A DNA stretch of 64,000 bases from Takakia lepidozioides (GCA_030704615.1 CM060732.1:27590001-27654000); one strand, 5' to 3'. Positions 49,535 to 63,200 are shown, counted from the first letter of the stretch. Notes: generated from the letters alone by a model not told the origin. Made by a program: numbers and translations.

Positions 49535-49810
49535 ACGTGACACAGCCTATCACAGCCCAGCAAGGCGCAACACAGCCTATCACAGCCCATCACGACGTGA
49601 CACAGCCTATCACAGCCCAGCAAGGCGCAACACAGCCTATCACAGCCCAGCACGACGTGACACAGCCTATCACAGCCCAGCAAGGCGCAACACAGCCTAT
49701 CACAACTTACCACAGCGTGTCACAGCCTATCACAGCTTACCACAGTGCATCACAGCCTATCACAGCGAAACACAGTATGACACAGCCTGTCACAGCTCAA
49801 CACAGCCTAC
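49535..49810. repeat. 30/60-bp tandem repeat CACAGCCTATCACAGCCCAG
   Basis: About nine ~30-bp units after integrase. Confidence 0.9.
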
Positions 49811-50189
49811 TAAAGTTACACGATCCATAGAATCAGTGACAAGTGGACACATATAACAACTTCAGGAAAATGGCTGAAGGAAAGAAAGAAGAAACAGAAT
49901 TACTTAAAAATAAACACGTGGAGGTCGAGGTCAGGGTGCGACACACAGCAGAGAATGAAGTGCAAGGACAGGTGTCAAAAAGAAAGAGGACAAGAACGGC
50001 CGTCAAAGGGATGAAAGGCGGGCCCATTAATGAGTACGGAAAAAGGGAAACGGAACGAACGGCAAGTACAGAAAAGCCGAATTCATGTCGCATGTGTGAT
50101 CCTAGTGGACTATCCAACAGGGAAAGTCCACTAAAGAAGATAAAAGTTAAAATCCAGTCACAGCAGATACAGCCAATAGAAAACCAGAA

Positions 50190-53100
50190 AAATGATCAAG
50201 AAATGGAGGGAATTGAGCGCAAGAGGCGGCATCGTTCTGAGTAACGGGCGTCTCGACAGGACAGGCCATAAATGCTATAACTTGGAAACTATGGAGGAAC
50301 TAACAGACTATACGCTCGCAATATTACTTACGCAGTGGCATAGACACGAACCGACAGAGCAGAGCTTTTCTCTTGAGCAATGCTTGCAAGCCCGCAGGCT
50401 TACAAGAATTACCCATAGCTTTCTGCGGCAACCATACGTTTATGCTTTGTGCACTACAGGCATTCCTGCAGTTGTTACAGCCAAAGCAGTTCTGTGAGTC
50501 TAAGATGAAGAGAGTGAGAGGAATGGAGGAAATCAGGGTGAAGAGCACCAATTCTGCAGAAACAAACAACGATGGCTACCCCACAGGCGATAAAGATACT
50601 GGAGGAGCTGAGATTGGAAGGATTGCAAAGCCTAGATTGGACACTACACCATAGACAGTACATGTTACAATTTTTGCAGAACTTTGAGCCAAGGACAGGA
50701 ACAACAACGGTGAAGGGAGTTGAATTAATGATTACTCCCCTATACCTCCAGCAATTGTTTCGATTGCCAGCAAATCAGGGCATGTGGAGGAACACAGGGC
50801 AAGACTGCAAATAGGGGACTTATTCCAAGAAGGGAGTTTCTTTAAAACTCAGGGTTATGCTTGTACCAAAGCTGTGTACCCAGGGTTAAAAGAGATAGGC
50901 CAGGTATTGAACGTTCTGATTGCCCTGAAACAGAACCAACAATATTTGAGCAGATCCTTCACAGAGGAAATACTCAAAGGCCTGAAGGGACAAGAGGTAC
51001 AATGGGCGGACATAATGTACAACGCACTAGTAGAGGAGATGAAAAGATTACAAGGTACTACCGCAAAGTCTCCTATCATAGTGTCTGGCCCAATCATTGC
51101 TCAAATAATCCTTAATTCTGGCATACTTAATGCACAAGAAAGAAAGGAAGGAAATGGGAGTGTTTGAGCCAGAAACAACTGCAATGGAAGAGCAAGGCTC
51201 TTCACACAGTGAGGGTGGACTAGCAGCACAACCGAGACTAAGAGGCAGAGAGAGGGGAAAGACTGTAGTGGCGGATCCACTGGCTTCACGGATTCCGCAT
51301 GATAATGTTTCCCAAGCCATATGACCAGGAAGGGGCACAGCAGCACAAAAGAATGTTATTACTGGAAGCAGGACCTTCAGAGAGGGAGGAGGAAGTTACT
51401 TCTGCATCACAACCATCACAGCCACCTGAACGACTTGTCACAAGGTCACGAGTTATCCATGCAGCTCAACCAGAAATAATTGATTTGGAAAGTGAAGGGT
51501 TAGAAATTCCAACTACAGAACAGATAGTGGCAGAAATAGAGAAGGGGGACCTTCTCTATGAATATTCTGGTCTGATCAAGGAGACAGAAATCCCAGAGGT
51601 GCAACAGTTGCCCAAGGGGAATCCTGAGGTACACACACCTGTGCCGGAGGTACCACAGGCGGAAGGTCATGACACTGTAGCACCGGTGATAGATGAAGTA
51701 GTTCAGGAAGAAAATCCGGTGGGACAATGGCCTGAATGGTTAGTGAGACATCACACTGTTGAAAATGAGCAGGAACAGCAGCAACCTCATGATGACCCTC
51801 AACAGGCAATGCTGATGAGTTCCATAGGCAGGACACTTAATTTGTTGGGGACTTATGTCAAATCCCATGTTCCAATTACCCAATTGACAGCCTTGAAAGA
51901 GGAACTCAGGAAGGAGTTTGAGGCTCGACTTGCCACTGAGTGTGCAAACAAGGTAGATGAAGAGGTCACTCTCAAGATGAAGCAGGACTTGGGAAATACA
52001 GAAATGGCTTTGCAATTGGCCAAGCAACAATTGATTGAGGCAGGCCTCGCGCAAGACCAGTTGCACGAAGCACATAAGCAGAACAGCTATACCAAATGCA
52101 GGTGCAGCATGAAAGCAAGTTGCAAGAACTGATGCACTACATACGAGAGTTGCAGACAGTGCATAACAGGATGGCGATACAATGTGCTACGTTCACAACG
52201 ATGCTTGACCAATCTGCAAAAGAAATAAACAGTCAAGCGGAAAAATGTACGAAGGCAGAAGAAGAGAATGTGAGCAAATGAAGCTCATTGTCGATATGAA
52301 GAATACAATCTGTCGCAATGAAGATACTTTCAAGCAATACAGGCAGATTGAAGCTGATCAAGAGAAGCACATCGTGGAGTTTGCAACAAACCATCATGGC
52401 CAATAGAAATGAAATCGCGGTCAATAACAAGGCTTGGAGGAAGCCAATAATCTACTGGCTGCTTATGCGCAATTGGTGAACCTCAGGCGAAGCGCATGGA
52501 GGCTTTACAACAGCAGTTGGAATTGTACAAGCTAAGAGAGGAGCAAACTCTCAGGGGAACCACAAGCAACTTGGTGGATAACAGCCTTATGCAGGTCTGG
52601 TTAGCACAAGGGCCAGTAGAGAGCAAAGCACCACGGAAGCTCACCCAAAGCGAGATGAATGAGCTCAGGCTGCAGGTGCAGAACATTGCCACCACTACTA
52701 TAGACAATGTCTATAGTAGGATAGCAGAGTTACAAGAGGATGTAGACGGACTGCAGACTCAAGTGGAAGACCTCACTTCAAACATCGACCAAAGAGTCTG
52801 TATTCCTCAGGAACAGCTAATGGATTCTTATTTAAAAGCCAGAACTTTGGCTTTTCAGTCTTCACAGGAGGTGCAGGACATGCCAATGATACAAGAGCCA
52901 GTACCACCACCACCACAACAAGTCACTGTACCAGTAGCTGAACCTGTGGTTACTACAACCACACCACAGCCACAACAGCCGGAGGTATGGGGCAATGCCG
53001 CTTTTAACCCACCTAAAACTCCAGCTGCCAGGGAATATAGTAGGGCTATGATTATGCCCTTCAACCAAATTCCCATCATGTTGGATTTGGCTTGGAAAGA

Positions 53101-54060
53101 ATTAGTCCTCCGCAGTCATTCGCACATTACTACCAAATCATGCGTATATGGCTGCCAGTGGCAACTAGGACTAAAGTTCTTCCGAAACAATCGACATATT
53201 GAAGATCATCACTTTGCACAATACTGGCACGAGGCAGGTTCCATGTTGAGGGAATTGATTGCTTTCCAGGTTGTACATGGACTCATTTATACCAAGACCA
53301 AGGAGATAGCAAGTATTGTCATGGGGTGCGGGCTATACTACGCTGCTTGTTTTCTGGTACAATACCACATTGAGCAACAAAAGATGCAAACACACTTTCA
53401 AAGTTATTCCAGTGGAGATCATTGGGTATTACCTTCGGTGCCACCTCATATGTACCTATATGACCCAAAAGTTATGATGCAAAGGATTCTCAAATTCGTT
53501 CATGGTTTCAAGCAGCCTGCAACCAATTGTCAACACAGAAATTCGGACTTGATGACATTTTCTATAAGGGACATGTGGCATGGAAGTACTTGCACGCTGC
53601 ACCAGTAATTGGTACCCCACTCATCTGGACAGACAAGGAGCTCAGTGCCTACACCAATTTTGCTGTTCAGCGGTTACACAAGTTGTAAAATACAAACTTC
53701 CAGACATGGTAGGACAGCATTGTATGCCCCAGATGATTCCACAAAAAGTTCGAAAATTAAAACACTGAGAGGCGATGAGGATTCTGATACAACTGTTTCT
53801 TCAACGAATTCTTTTGACATGGGAGAAGACTATGCAATTCAGATGGAAGAGAAGAAACAAAGGGATCTCCTATGCCGGAAAGATTACCTCGATATCAGCC
53901 TCCAGAGGGCCTCACTTATCCAGGTAGTGATCAACCATCTCCGTCAACCAGAGACAGACCTCGGGCTCGTACACACAGCCCGCCACGAAACTTCAACGTC
54001 AATAAGGTGCTCACTCACAAAGGTTTGCTACTCGAAACAGTAAACCGTGAGGACACGGCT
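50190..54060 (+). pseudogene. Extra post-integrase ORF(s), partly coiled-coil, function unknown
   Basis: Long frames 50784-51167, 51299-52132, 52496-53608, conserved as protein in the copy at 36685-40132. Confidence 0.7.
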
Positions 54061-54083
54061 TTTTGAGGGGGGAAAGGGGTAAA

Positions 54084-55049
54084 TGTAAATGAGGGACTGT
54101 AGGGGACTTAGACACTTATACGGGATCTGTAGGGTACCCTTAATTTTGCACAGACTGAGACCAACAGGAGCCTAGCCTTAGCCCCCCCGCACTGTAAAGG
54201 GATGGGCACAGACAGCGCACTGTAGAGGGGCGGTTACACAGTCGTCACAGCAGGACACAGCCAACACAGCCCGTCACAAGTGCACAGCCAACACAGCCGT
54301 CACAGTCGTCACAGCCCACACAGCCAATCACAGCCAGGCACAGCCCAACACAGCGCACAGCCAGTCAGGCAGCCCGACACAGTTTCACACAGCCAGTCAC
54401 CGCTTGACACAGCGTCACGATAATAGGGAACGAAGAGTAGGACAGGGAACGACTGTGGGGAACAACACCTGCGAAGGGAACATGTTAGTTCACAGACACG
54501 GTTAGTAGGGAAACGGTTGGAACCGCGGATAGGAAGATAAAGGGGGAAAAACGGGGAGGAATTGAAGGACATCTTCGAGGAGGACTTCTAGTCGAGGCTG
54601 GAGCGGAGACGGAGATCGGAAGCAAGAGATGGAGAGCACGATGAGGGAAAAGAGGATTAGTAGATGCTTGTTATATGCAAAGCTGTAGTGATATTGGAGA
54701 GCAGATTAGAGACATAATGGCTTCGGCCTGATACCTGATAAATCATAATCTGATACTTATACGATACAATCACACTGTGTAGAGAGATCTGAGTGAAGCT
54801 GTGGATTGAATGGATGAGTGAAGGAAACCGATAGATTGATGAAGCAAACTGATACTTAATTATCAATGGTAAGGTAGCTAAGATGAATGCGGAAAGGGAA
54901 ACAAATAGGAAACACCCCCATGATACACTAGCTGTAAGGTCATGACTGATTGTTCTGCGCGGGCTGAGTACTTAGAGATTTCCAACTCTTCTATCTTGGA
55001 GTTTCCGCCTCGGATAGCGAAGGGATGGGTGAGTAAAAGAAGCGCGACA
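54084..55049 (+). repeat. 3' LTR
   Basis: Follows the PPT; ends GCGCGACA before the TSD. Confidence 0.92.
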
Positions 55050-55054
55050 GTGTG

Positions 55055-55810
55055 CCTGCCCCTTGCTTCACGGTGAGTTTGTGTGCGCAATTGTGGAGGC
55101 CACATGAAGGAGTTTTGGGTTCTGCCAAGCACACATCATGTAGTGTGAGGTTTGGCAAGCCCAAGTATGGTTGTACAAGGCATGCCTGAACCACCGACAG
55201 TCTGGCTGTGGAAACTGTTACAGATCTACACTGGAGGAGGCAGACGCTATAGGAAGTGCAGGGGTTTCGACTGGTGGATGGAGAGGAACAGACGTTCCAA
55301 CAAAAATCAATTCCCAGTCGTCTCCTCCTCCCACGAGAAGGCTCTTCGCCCCGCATACCGGTGGTGACCCCGCAGCTTGGGACCACCCATCGGTGGGGAA
55401 ACTATGAAAAGACGGCGACCACCAACAAAGGTGAACGACCACCAGGAGCCACGCTCTTGCCTTGCCATTTGCATAGGGCAAGGTTGCAGGAGATGTTCTC
55501 ACCCCGGGATGGGGCGCATATTTCAGTTGTCAACAGCGGGTCACCGGCGTATGTTGGAGCGCAGTGCGTGTATGCAATCACGGTTCTCAGTACCAGCTTG
55601 AACTGTGAGGACTTCATGTCTATGGAATCGAAGAATGCGCATACATCCCCTGGACAAACAATTATACATTTTGACAAACAATTATACATTTTAACGAGCT
55701 GCACAAGGCCCTACGGCAGGATACAGATCGGACTGCTTGACATCCACATGCAGGAAGGAGAAAGTGCAATTATCTTATTCATCTTCTTGCACCCCTATTT
55801 TTTGTGAGGA
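55055..55810 (+). pseudogene. Continuation of the MULE transposase gene with degenerate SWIM-like finger
   Basis: Resumes after TSD GTGTG; YAITV..NCEDF..YIP resembles a decayed CxCxDF...CKH motif. Confidence 0.45.
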
Positions 55811-56391
55811 ATTATACACTTGGTGGTGCCGCACCGCAATGGCTCAGGTGCATTTCGGTGCCCGCAATACATGAGACTGTGGTTTTTTGGCCGTGAATGG
55901 CATGCACATGTTTTTATTTTGGTTGTCTATAAATGGATCCGAGTAAGAATCAACATTGTGGAAGATACACGGCATTGAGGCCTATTTCACGCGTTATGTC
56001 TGTATTACTGCATAGTGCTTCCTTGTTATGGTCTTCATTCAATTTTGTGGTGAATTCGTAGCCCATCCTGGCGTTTTCGTCCACCTTGTATGAGAAGACT
56101 CCAATTTGTACCAATACATTGTCAGGTTTTGCAAATGTGATGCCTTTACAGATTGCTAGTTCTGTGTCCCCAGTGGGAAGGGTCCTACTGCACATTCCAG
56201 CATTTGCATACTGCACCTTATGCAAACAACAATCCATACGACAAAGGACAAGTCCCAAACATACTGGCAGTGAATGCAAAAAACGTTAACAGAAGATTAT
56301 CCAAGCATGTATATTCCCCATATGGCACAGGAAGCTACTTGATTTCTGAATCAAAATGTAGTGCCATGAGTGGCGCGAGTCGAAACATATT

Positions 56392-56961
56392 TTACTCTAG
56401 CATGCAAGACCTATGGTCCCCTTGCCCAAGAAGAAGGAACTCGAACTGGCCTCTCAAGGACCTCCTGAGTGACCGGGTGCGATATTTGAACAAAATGTCA
56501 GCGGTTTCTGTCGCTCGGTTGAAACTAACGAGGATGTCGTGTTTATCGATAGCGCCCCCTTGGTAGAAGGACATTTGCACAGTGGGCCCTGTGTTCCCCT
56601 CCTCCTCATCCTCATAACTGGAGAGAATGTCCCCACTTTCCGAGCCAATCCGTCCACGCGTGAAGTTTTCACCTATGCACTCATCATACGTCCACTCGCA
56701 ACAATTCCAGCGATACAGCAACGCTGTGCGTGATCTGTTCGGCTCCCACTCAAGCGGAAAGTCCAGATCCATGATGCGTAGAAACTACCTGCTCCCCAAC
56801 CGGGGTCTAGGAGAATCGTGCAATCCTAGAAGAAACTCCATTGCTCTCAGCTGGACAAGACGAGGATCGTCCCTGTAAACATCTAGGAAGACAATGATGT
56901 CGTCTACTTTCGGGACAATGACTCCCGTCTGGCGTCGATAGATGTGATTCAGGCACGACAT
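56392..56961 (-). pseudogene. RWNCCxWT family, copy 3 (one premature stop)
   Basis: MSC.., DDIIVF, AMEF, *FLRIMDLD (TAG where paralogues have W), RTALLYRWNCCEWT, GGAIDKHDILV. Confidence 0.7.
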
Positions 56962-57189
56962 GGCCTCACGACACAGCAAGAACTCAGAGTAGGGAGGAGA
57001 TGGGCACAACAGAGAAGAGTGAAGAGCAAAATGAGAGCGAGGCCGACGGAAGAGGGATATATCATTGCTGCACTGCCAATGTCGTATACGGCAGAACTTC
57101 TATTTCCTCCGAAATGTGTGCTTTTATTAGACAAATCCGCACCAGTTTCAGGAGAGTTTGCAAAACTCCCTCACCGTAAGGTGGGTATT

Positions 57190-57670
57190 TGCTCTCCGGA
57201 GCCCAATTTCGGCGCCGTTATTGGATGGACTGCGGAAGCTTCAGCCGAGAATTTTGTTTCCAGAGCCCAATTTTGGCGCCGTTATTGGTTGCATTGCCCA
57301 GCCTTCAGCCGGGTATTTGGTTTCCGGACCTCTATTTCGGCGCCGTTCGGCTGCACTCCGGTGGCTTCAGCCGAGTATTTGGTTTCTGGGGCCAATTTTG
57401 GCGCCGTTATTGGCTACACTCCAGAGGCTTCAGCCGGGTATTTGGTTGGCGGAGCCCAATTTCGGCACCGTTATTGGCTTCACTCCCGAGCCTTCAGCCG
57501 GCTATTTCTTTTCCTGTGCCCAATTACGGCGCCGTTATACCCAACCTTCCTGCACTTCTGCAACTGTACTATCCACGGTTATAGGTCACCATTGCGTTTT
57601 CGGAGTCTGCAAACCCGGATCCTAATTCCGCTTGCGTCTCTGCCTCTGGGATAATTTCGGTGCCGTTATT
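57190..57670. repeat. ~63-bp subterminal tandem repeat with CCAATTTCGGCGCCGTTATTGG core
   Basis: Cores near 57203, 57266, 57330, 57392, 57455, 57518, 57652. Confidence 0.85.
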
Positions 57671-57869
57671 GCCCAGAATTCAGTTTTTCTATGACCTGGC
57701 TTGGCAGTCCATGAGCCTGGGCTCCAAGTCATGAGCGGACACTGGTACTTATGAGCGGAGTGCTTCCAGCATGAGCGCGGAAATCTTCGAAAACCTTCTC
57801 TTCTTATACTACTTTCGTTATTTTATAGTTTTGGGCCCGAAAAAAATCTGCCGAAATTCGAAGTGTGTT

Positions 57870-57935
57870 ACTTTGCGGCTCATGGGTGAGCCATGCCCGC
57901 TCATGAGCTCATGAGCTCATGGAATAGCAACCCCC
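57870..57935 (-). repeat. Right terminal inverted repeat
   Basis: Reverse complement reads GGGGGTTGCTATTCCATGAGCTCATGAGCTCATGAGCGGGCATG. Confidence 0.75.
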
Positions 57936-60222
57936 ATGAGAGTTAGTCCTCACAAACACTTTAGCTAACCATCATAACACCACCTCTATGTTTAATGGAT
58001 ACATTCTAATTCACACCAAGCTGATTCTAGTGCTCACTTCAAAATGATAATAATCTCCATGCTTTACTTCAAGAAGAAACGTAAGCTAGTACCAAAAATC
58101 TGAGAGATGACTATCCGCAACCACTTGTTTTACACCTAGCCTGCTCATAAACTTGGTCTTATCTATGCCGCCACTCCACGTGATCATTTAATAACTAGAC
58201 CCCACAACTTAATCAGCTGCAACCTTAGGCTTGAAGACTTAGTGGCCACCGGGTATTATTCTCCTCTATGCCACATGCCTGATTGTTGCTAAATACATCT
58301 TAAGGCGACGTGTACCTCCTTCTATCCACCCTTTATCTTAGTGCCACCTAGCTAATATTATTGTGGACACTCTACCCACTAAATCACCGCTGAGTCCTTT
58401 GTCTCATTTCTGCAGTATCATCCCCACATGATGAAGAATCTATTTTTTCATTGGTGCTTTCTCGCCCTGTCATCCTGCTAGCTCGTCATCCATCCACTAT
58501 TGCCAATTAGTGATCTCATCCTTATTTGTCATCCAATTTTCCCACCGTCCATCCGCTGAGGAAAATTTGTCAATTTCATCCTGTTAACATTAATGATAAA
58601 TCGCGATTTCATCCAGCTAGCCCGCCATCGTTCCTTAAGCACAAAACCCCAATTTCCTTGTCTTGCCCATGGGGTTCTCCCGTGTATCCCTCGTTACCTC
58701 TTTTTGACTCACAGATGTAAGTAGTCCCTTCTTTAGCTGACTGGCCCTCCAGCCAATGCTTCACTCAAATATGCAGGTGCTTCACGTCTCGCCTCGCTCT
58801 GTTCCATCGCTTTCCTGCTGCATCTTCCAGAATGCATACTCGTTCGCCTTCCTTCTTGGTACGGTCAGTGTGCTTGTCTACATAGCCTTGAAAGGAGTAT
58901 GGACCTTCCCTAGATGTCTCTATGTCACTACAACAAATTGCGGCTTTTACGTCTCTGTGTTATGACTGCAAATGCAGTCATGGAAGCCATTTACGACTTC
59001 CTGACTCTGCAGACGTAAAGACCTAGTCAGTTGTGACATGGCAGATATGACTCTCCAGGCTGGCTGTCACGTGGCGCCAGAGCAGCTGTGGGGGTAGTCA
59101 TACACGCTGGCATTACTGAATGACTGAACGGGTCCATGTCAGCCGCTGTGTAATAGAGACACGTGCTCTCTACAGAACACGCCACGTGTCAGACTGCGAC
59201 GCCATCCGACTGCAGAGGAGGGAATCAGACGTCAGCATGTGTCGCATCGTGATTTTGACACGTGGTTCCTCATGTCAATTGACACGCGTCGCTGTTGGGG
59301 GTTGTAGATTTACTTTATTGTTATTATAATTACTAAAATAATTATTATAATTATTTGTTATTATAATTATTATTACTGACCAACATGGGACAGTGGCACA
59401 TTATTAAATAACGAATTTTTGAAATTATATTCTTAGATAAAATATTTATTCGCTCAGATACCAAAACACACCCTTACGGGGAAGGAGAGTTTGCCTTAGT
59501 GCCTGTGCTGAATTGCATCTGCTACTGTTACCTGTTTATGGATATTTTTTTATTGTCACTTTGGCAGTATCATATCAAAGTCACTCCAAACTATCTACCA
59601 TCTACCCATGACCATCTACCCATGCAGGTTTCTTGTAGCTATCCTTCCACAGGGAATCATCGGTAATCTGGAGCTTGAAATCGGCTTTCTTGGATGATCT
59701 GGACCCACACTCTATCCCTGCTCCTTCAGCTATCCATGCCTCTGCATAGATCATGCATATATCCTTGCATTGCTGTTAGCAGCTGACAATGACAGCCTAC
59801 ATTTGTTCCAGCAAACACCCAACTCAACTTACCACACAAGTTCCTATTCTCAATTGCATCTGTTACTCTCTGTAATCCAACAGGCATTTACCTTTTTGCC
59901 TCGGTTGTCCCACCATTGACTGGGGTCAGAAAAGTATTCATTCCACAGCTTCCCCTCATCTCCGTTAACTGTTTTTCGATACTTTCCTGTTGTCACATTG
60001 GCAATATCATGTCAAAGTCACTCCAAACTAGATTCACTCAACCAGCTAACTTGCAGACATTGAAATTTAGGGCCGGTTCTGATAAGAGGGAAAAACAGGG
60101 TGAAATGTGTTGAAGAAGGTGCCTTTATTAGCAGTGCTTGATTTTATCAATTGTGCCGCTACTCCTGCGGCTTCCAGTTCACCATCTACCCATGCAGGTT
60201 TCTTATAGCTAAATCCACGGTA

Positions 60223-63200
60223 ATCATAGGTAATCATGTGCTTGAAATCTGGCCCTCTTGGATGAATCTGGACCCATACTCTATCCCTGCTCTTTCAGCT
60301 ATCACTGCTTCTGCACAAATCATGCATACTTCCTTGCCTTGCAGCTGATAATGACAGCCTACATTTGTTCTAGGAAACACCCAACTCAGCTTATCACACT
60401 AGTTCCTATGCTGAATTGCGTCTGCCCTCTATAATCTAACAGGCATTAACCTTTTTCCCTCGGTTGTCCCACCATTCCACAACTTCTCCTCGTCTCTGTG
60501 ACCTGTTTCTGGATACTTTCCTGTTGTCACATTGGCATCATGTCAAAGTTCAGATCGACATCTAGTACAATACCACGAACCTCTTTGCTATTTTGCAGGG
60601 CTGCCAGGCTTGCACACATGTTGCAAATGTAACAAACGCGATGTGGTTGCGCTGCAGTATCCCTTCCCACACCACTTGCTCATAGACCTCTCCAAAGGGC
60701 CTCCATCCCGTGCCGCTGTTGTGCATATCCTGGGATCATCATCCTCCATGCACCCCAATTTGGCATACAAGTCCACAAGGGCATAGTTCAGAACAACATT
60801 TGTTTAATTCCAGCTTGGACGATCAACATCACAAACCCCGTCTTCACTCATTGCCTACTCTAGGTAAGTGCAATTATGGGCTAGGCTGGTACCACATCTC
60901 ATTCAGCCATATTATCAAAACAACCATGTATCCTTGTAGTTGCACCCTGCAACCTTGGCATACATGTCCACTACGGCAACGTTCAGAATCACATCAAATA
61001 CAATACCAGCTTTGACAATATCACCGTGGACCTCTGTACCCTTTTTCAGGGCTGCCAGGCGTGCATTTGACATACATATCCACCAAGGCAGTGTTTAGAG
61101 TGACATCTAGTGGTACAATTCCAGATTTGATAATGGACCTTTGCGTCCTTTCCAGGGCTACCAGGCTCGCATTTGACATACATGTACACCAGGGGAATGT
61201 TCAGAATGACATCAGGTACAATTCCAGCTTTGATGATGTCACCATGAACCTCTTGGCCCCTTCCCAGGGCTGCTAGGCTCGCATATGCATATTAACAAAC
61301 ACAAATGAACATGACCTGGTTTGGCTTCATCCTTTCCCACATCATTTGTTCTTAGGTTTCCAAAGCCTTACTCCCACACCTATGCTACACACACCTTACA
61401 ATCATGGCAGTCCACAACACCACATCTCATTTAGCCATGTTGTCGAACTCTCCCTTTGCATCAGGCTTGCTGCACCCACATTTGGCATACATGTCCACTA
61501 GGGCAGTGGTCAGAATGACAACTAGTACAGTTTCAGCTTTGACGATGGCACATGGCCAAGAGATATCCCAATATCCCGCTACCAATGGGTTCAATGCATA
61601 CTCTTGTCACATTGGCAGTATCATGTCAAAGTCACTCCAACTAGATTCACTCAACCAGCTAACTTGCAGAATTGAACATGAAAATTTAGGGCCGATTCTG
61701 ATAAGAGGGGAAAATAGGGTGAAATGTGTTTCAGAAGGTGCCTTCATTAGCAGTGCTTGATTGTATCAATTGTGCTGCTGCTGCTGCGGCTTCCAATTGA
61801 CCATCTACCCATGCAGGTTTCTTGTATCTATCCTTCCACAGGGAATCATAGATAATCTGGAGCTTGAAATCTGGCCCTCTTCCACACTCTATCCCTGCTC
61901 CTTCAGCTATCTATGCCTCTGCACAAAATCATGCATACAACAATCATTCCAGCAAACACCCCCAACCCTACTTATCAATGAGCAACGAGCTAACTTACAT
62001 AATTCAATATGCATCTCAAGGCCGAGTCTGATGAGAGGGCAAAACAGGCTGAAATAGGTCGAAGAAGAACCCATAGAGGATTTGACCGACCATCAACCCA
62101 AAAGGACCTCTTGTGTGTGCTGCTTGTGTCTTGTAGTCAGGTAATGTCGGATTGGTCTGTGAGAACCAGCACGGTGCAGATGAGCAGGCAGAGATTGAAA
62201 CACGGCCTGCTAAGACCAAGCTGACTCTCCCAAGAACCTTGAAACATCAGGAAGAATACCAAATCATGGTACTAACAGGAGCCAACAGCCCACATTTGCA
62301 GGATGGACAAACTTCTTCACATCGTACATTAAGGAAAAGCCACACCTTGCCATTGCGGTTGTCGCACCATCGTGAAGGATCTTTAAAAATCTCATGCCAA
62401 CTCTGCTCCGTGCTGCAAATGAAGGGCCGAGTCTGATGAGAGGGCAAAACAGGCTGAAATAGGTCGAAGAAGAAGGTGCCCTCACCACATTGTCCTCGAC
62501 CTTGTGTCATGGCCCATGGAGGATTTGACTGACCATGAACCCAAGAGGACCTCTTCAGTGTGCTGCTTGTTTCTGTAGTCAGGTAATGTCGGATTGGTCA
62601 GTGAGAACCACCACGGTGCAGCTGAGTGGGCAGAGATTGAAACACGGCCTGCTAAGACCAAGCTAACTCTCCCAAGAACCTTGTAAACATCAGGAAGAAT
62701 ACCAAATCATGGTACTAACAGGAGCCAACAACCCACATTTGCAGGATGGACAAACTTCTTCACATCGTACATTAAGAAAAAGCCACACCTTGCGATTGCG
62801 GTTGTCCCACCATCGTGAAGGATCTTTTAGAAACTCATGCCAGCTCTGCTCCGTGCTGTAAAATCAGGGCCGAGCGGGTAGAGATTGAAACACGGCCTGC
62901 TAAGACGAAGCTGACTCTCCCAAGAACGGCGGGCTCCCAGCCGAAACCTCCTCACACACATACCGTAGCGTTTCTAGGGTTGCTTGCTCCAAATGCGAAG
63001 GTTGATCCAACTGCGGGCCTCCCATGCATGTTTGCCCTCTCTCCCGCTCGCTCGCTCTAAGTCCCAACCCTCTCTCTCTCTCCCTCCCGCTCGCTCTAAG
63101 TCTGTTCACGCTACCGTGATGGGCAACTTTTTAAGTTTTTTAACCTTTTTGTAAACCCTAAAAGCCCCTCTTTGATTTTTTTTCTTTTTTTCTTTTCTTA

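Larger units (their letters stand above)
41871..55049 (+). mobile_element. Full-length Ty3/Gypsy retrotransposon with extra ORFs before gag and after integrase
   Basis: LTRs 41871-42850 and 54084-55049 (TG..CA), TSD GTGTG (41866-41870, 55050-55054), PBS TTTGGCGACC at 42851, PPT 54065-54079. Confidence 0.93.
25505..57935. mobile_element. Putative giant Mutator-like DNA transposon (or two related elements joined across the gap) with cargo genes
   Basis: Inverted termini GGGGG(C/T)TGCTATT(T/C)CATGAGC, MULE transposase, shared cargo families on both halves; no convincing TSD. Confidence 0.55.

Noticed and set aside
38800-54600. Dense frameshifts and a short duplication at ~47455-47620 as programmed recoding
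   Set aside because: Scattered 1-bp indels, also seen between the two LTRs, suggest unpolished consensus or decay
25501-57940. Short AT or TGA match as the TSD of the giant element
   Set aside because: Too short for Mutator (usually 8-10 bp), and the right flank does not continue the interrupted left flank sequence
59030-59310. Cluster of CACGTG/TGACA motifs as a regulatory island or MITE end
   Set aside because: No paired terminus or linked gene could be identified
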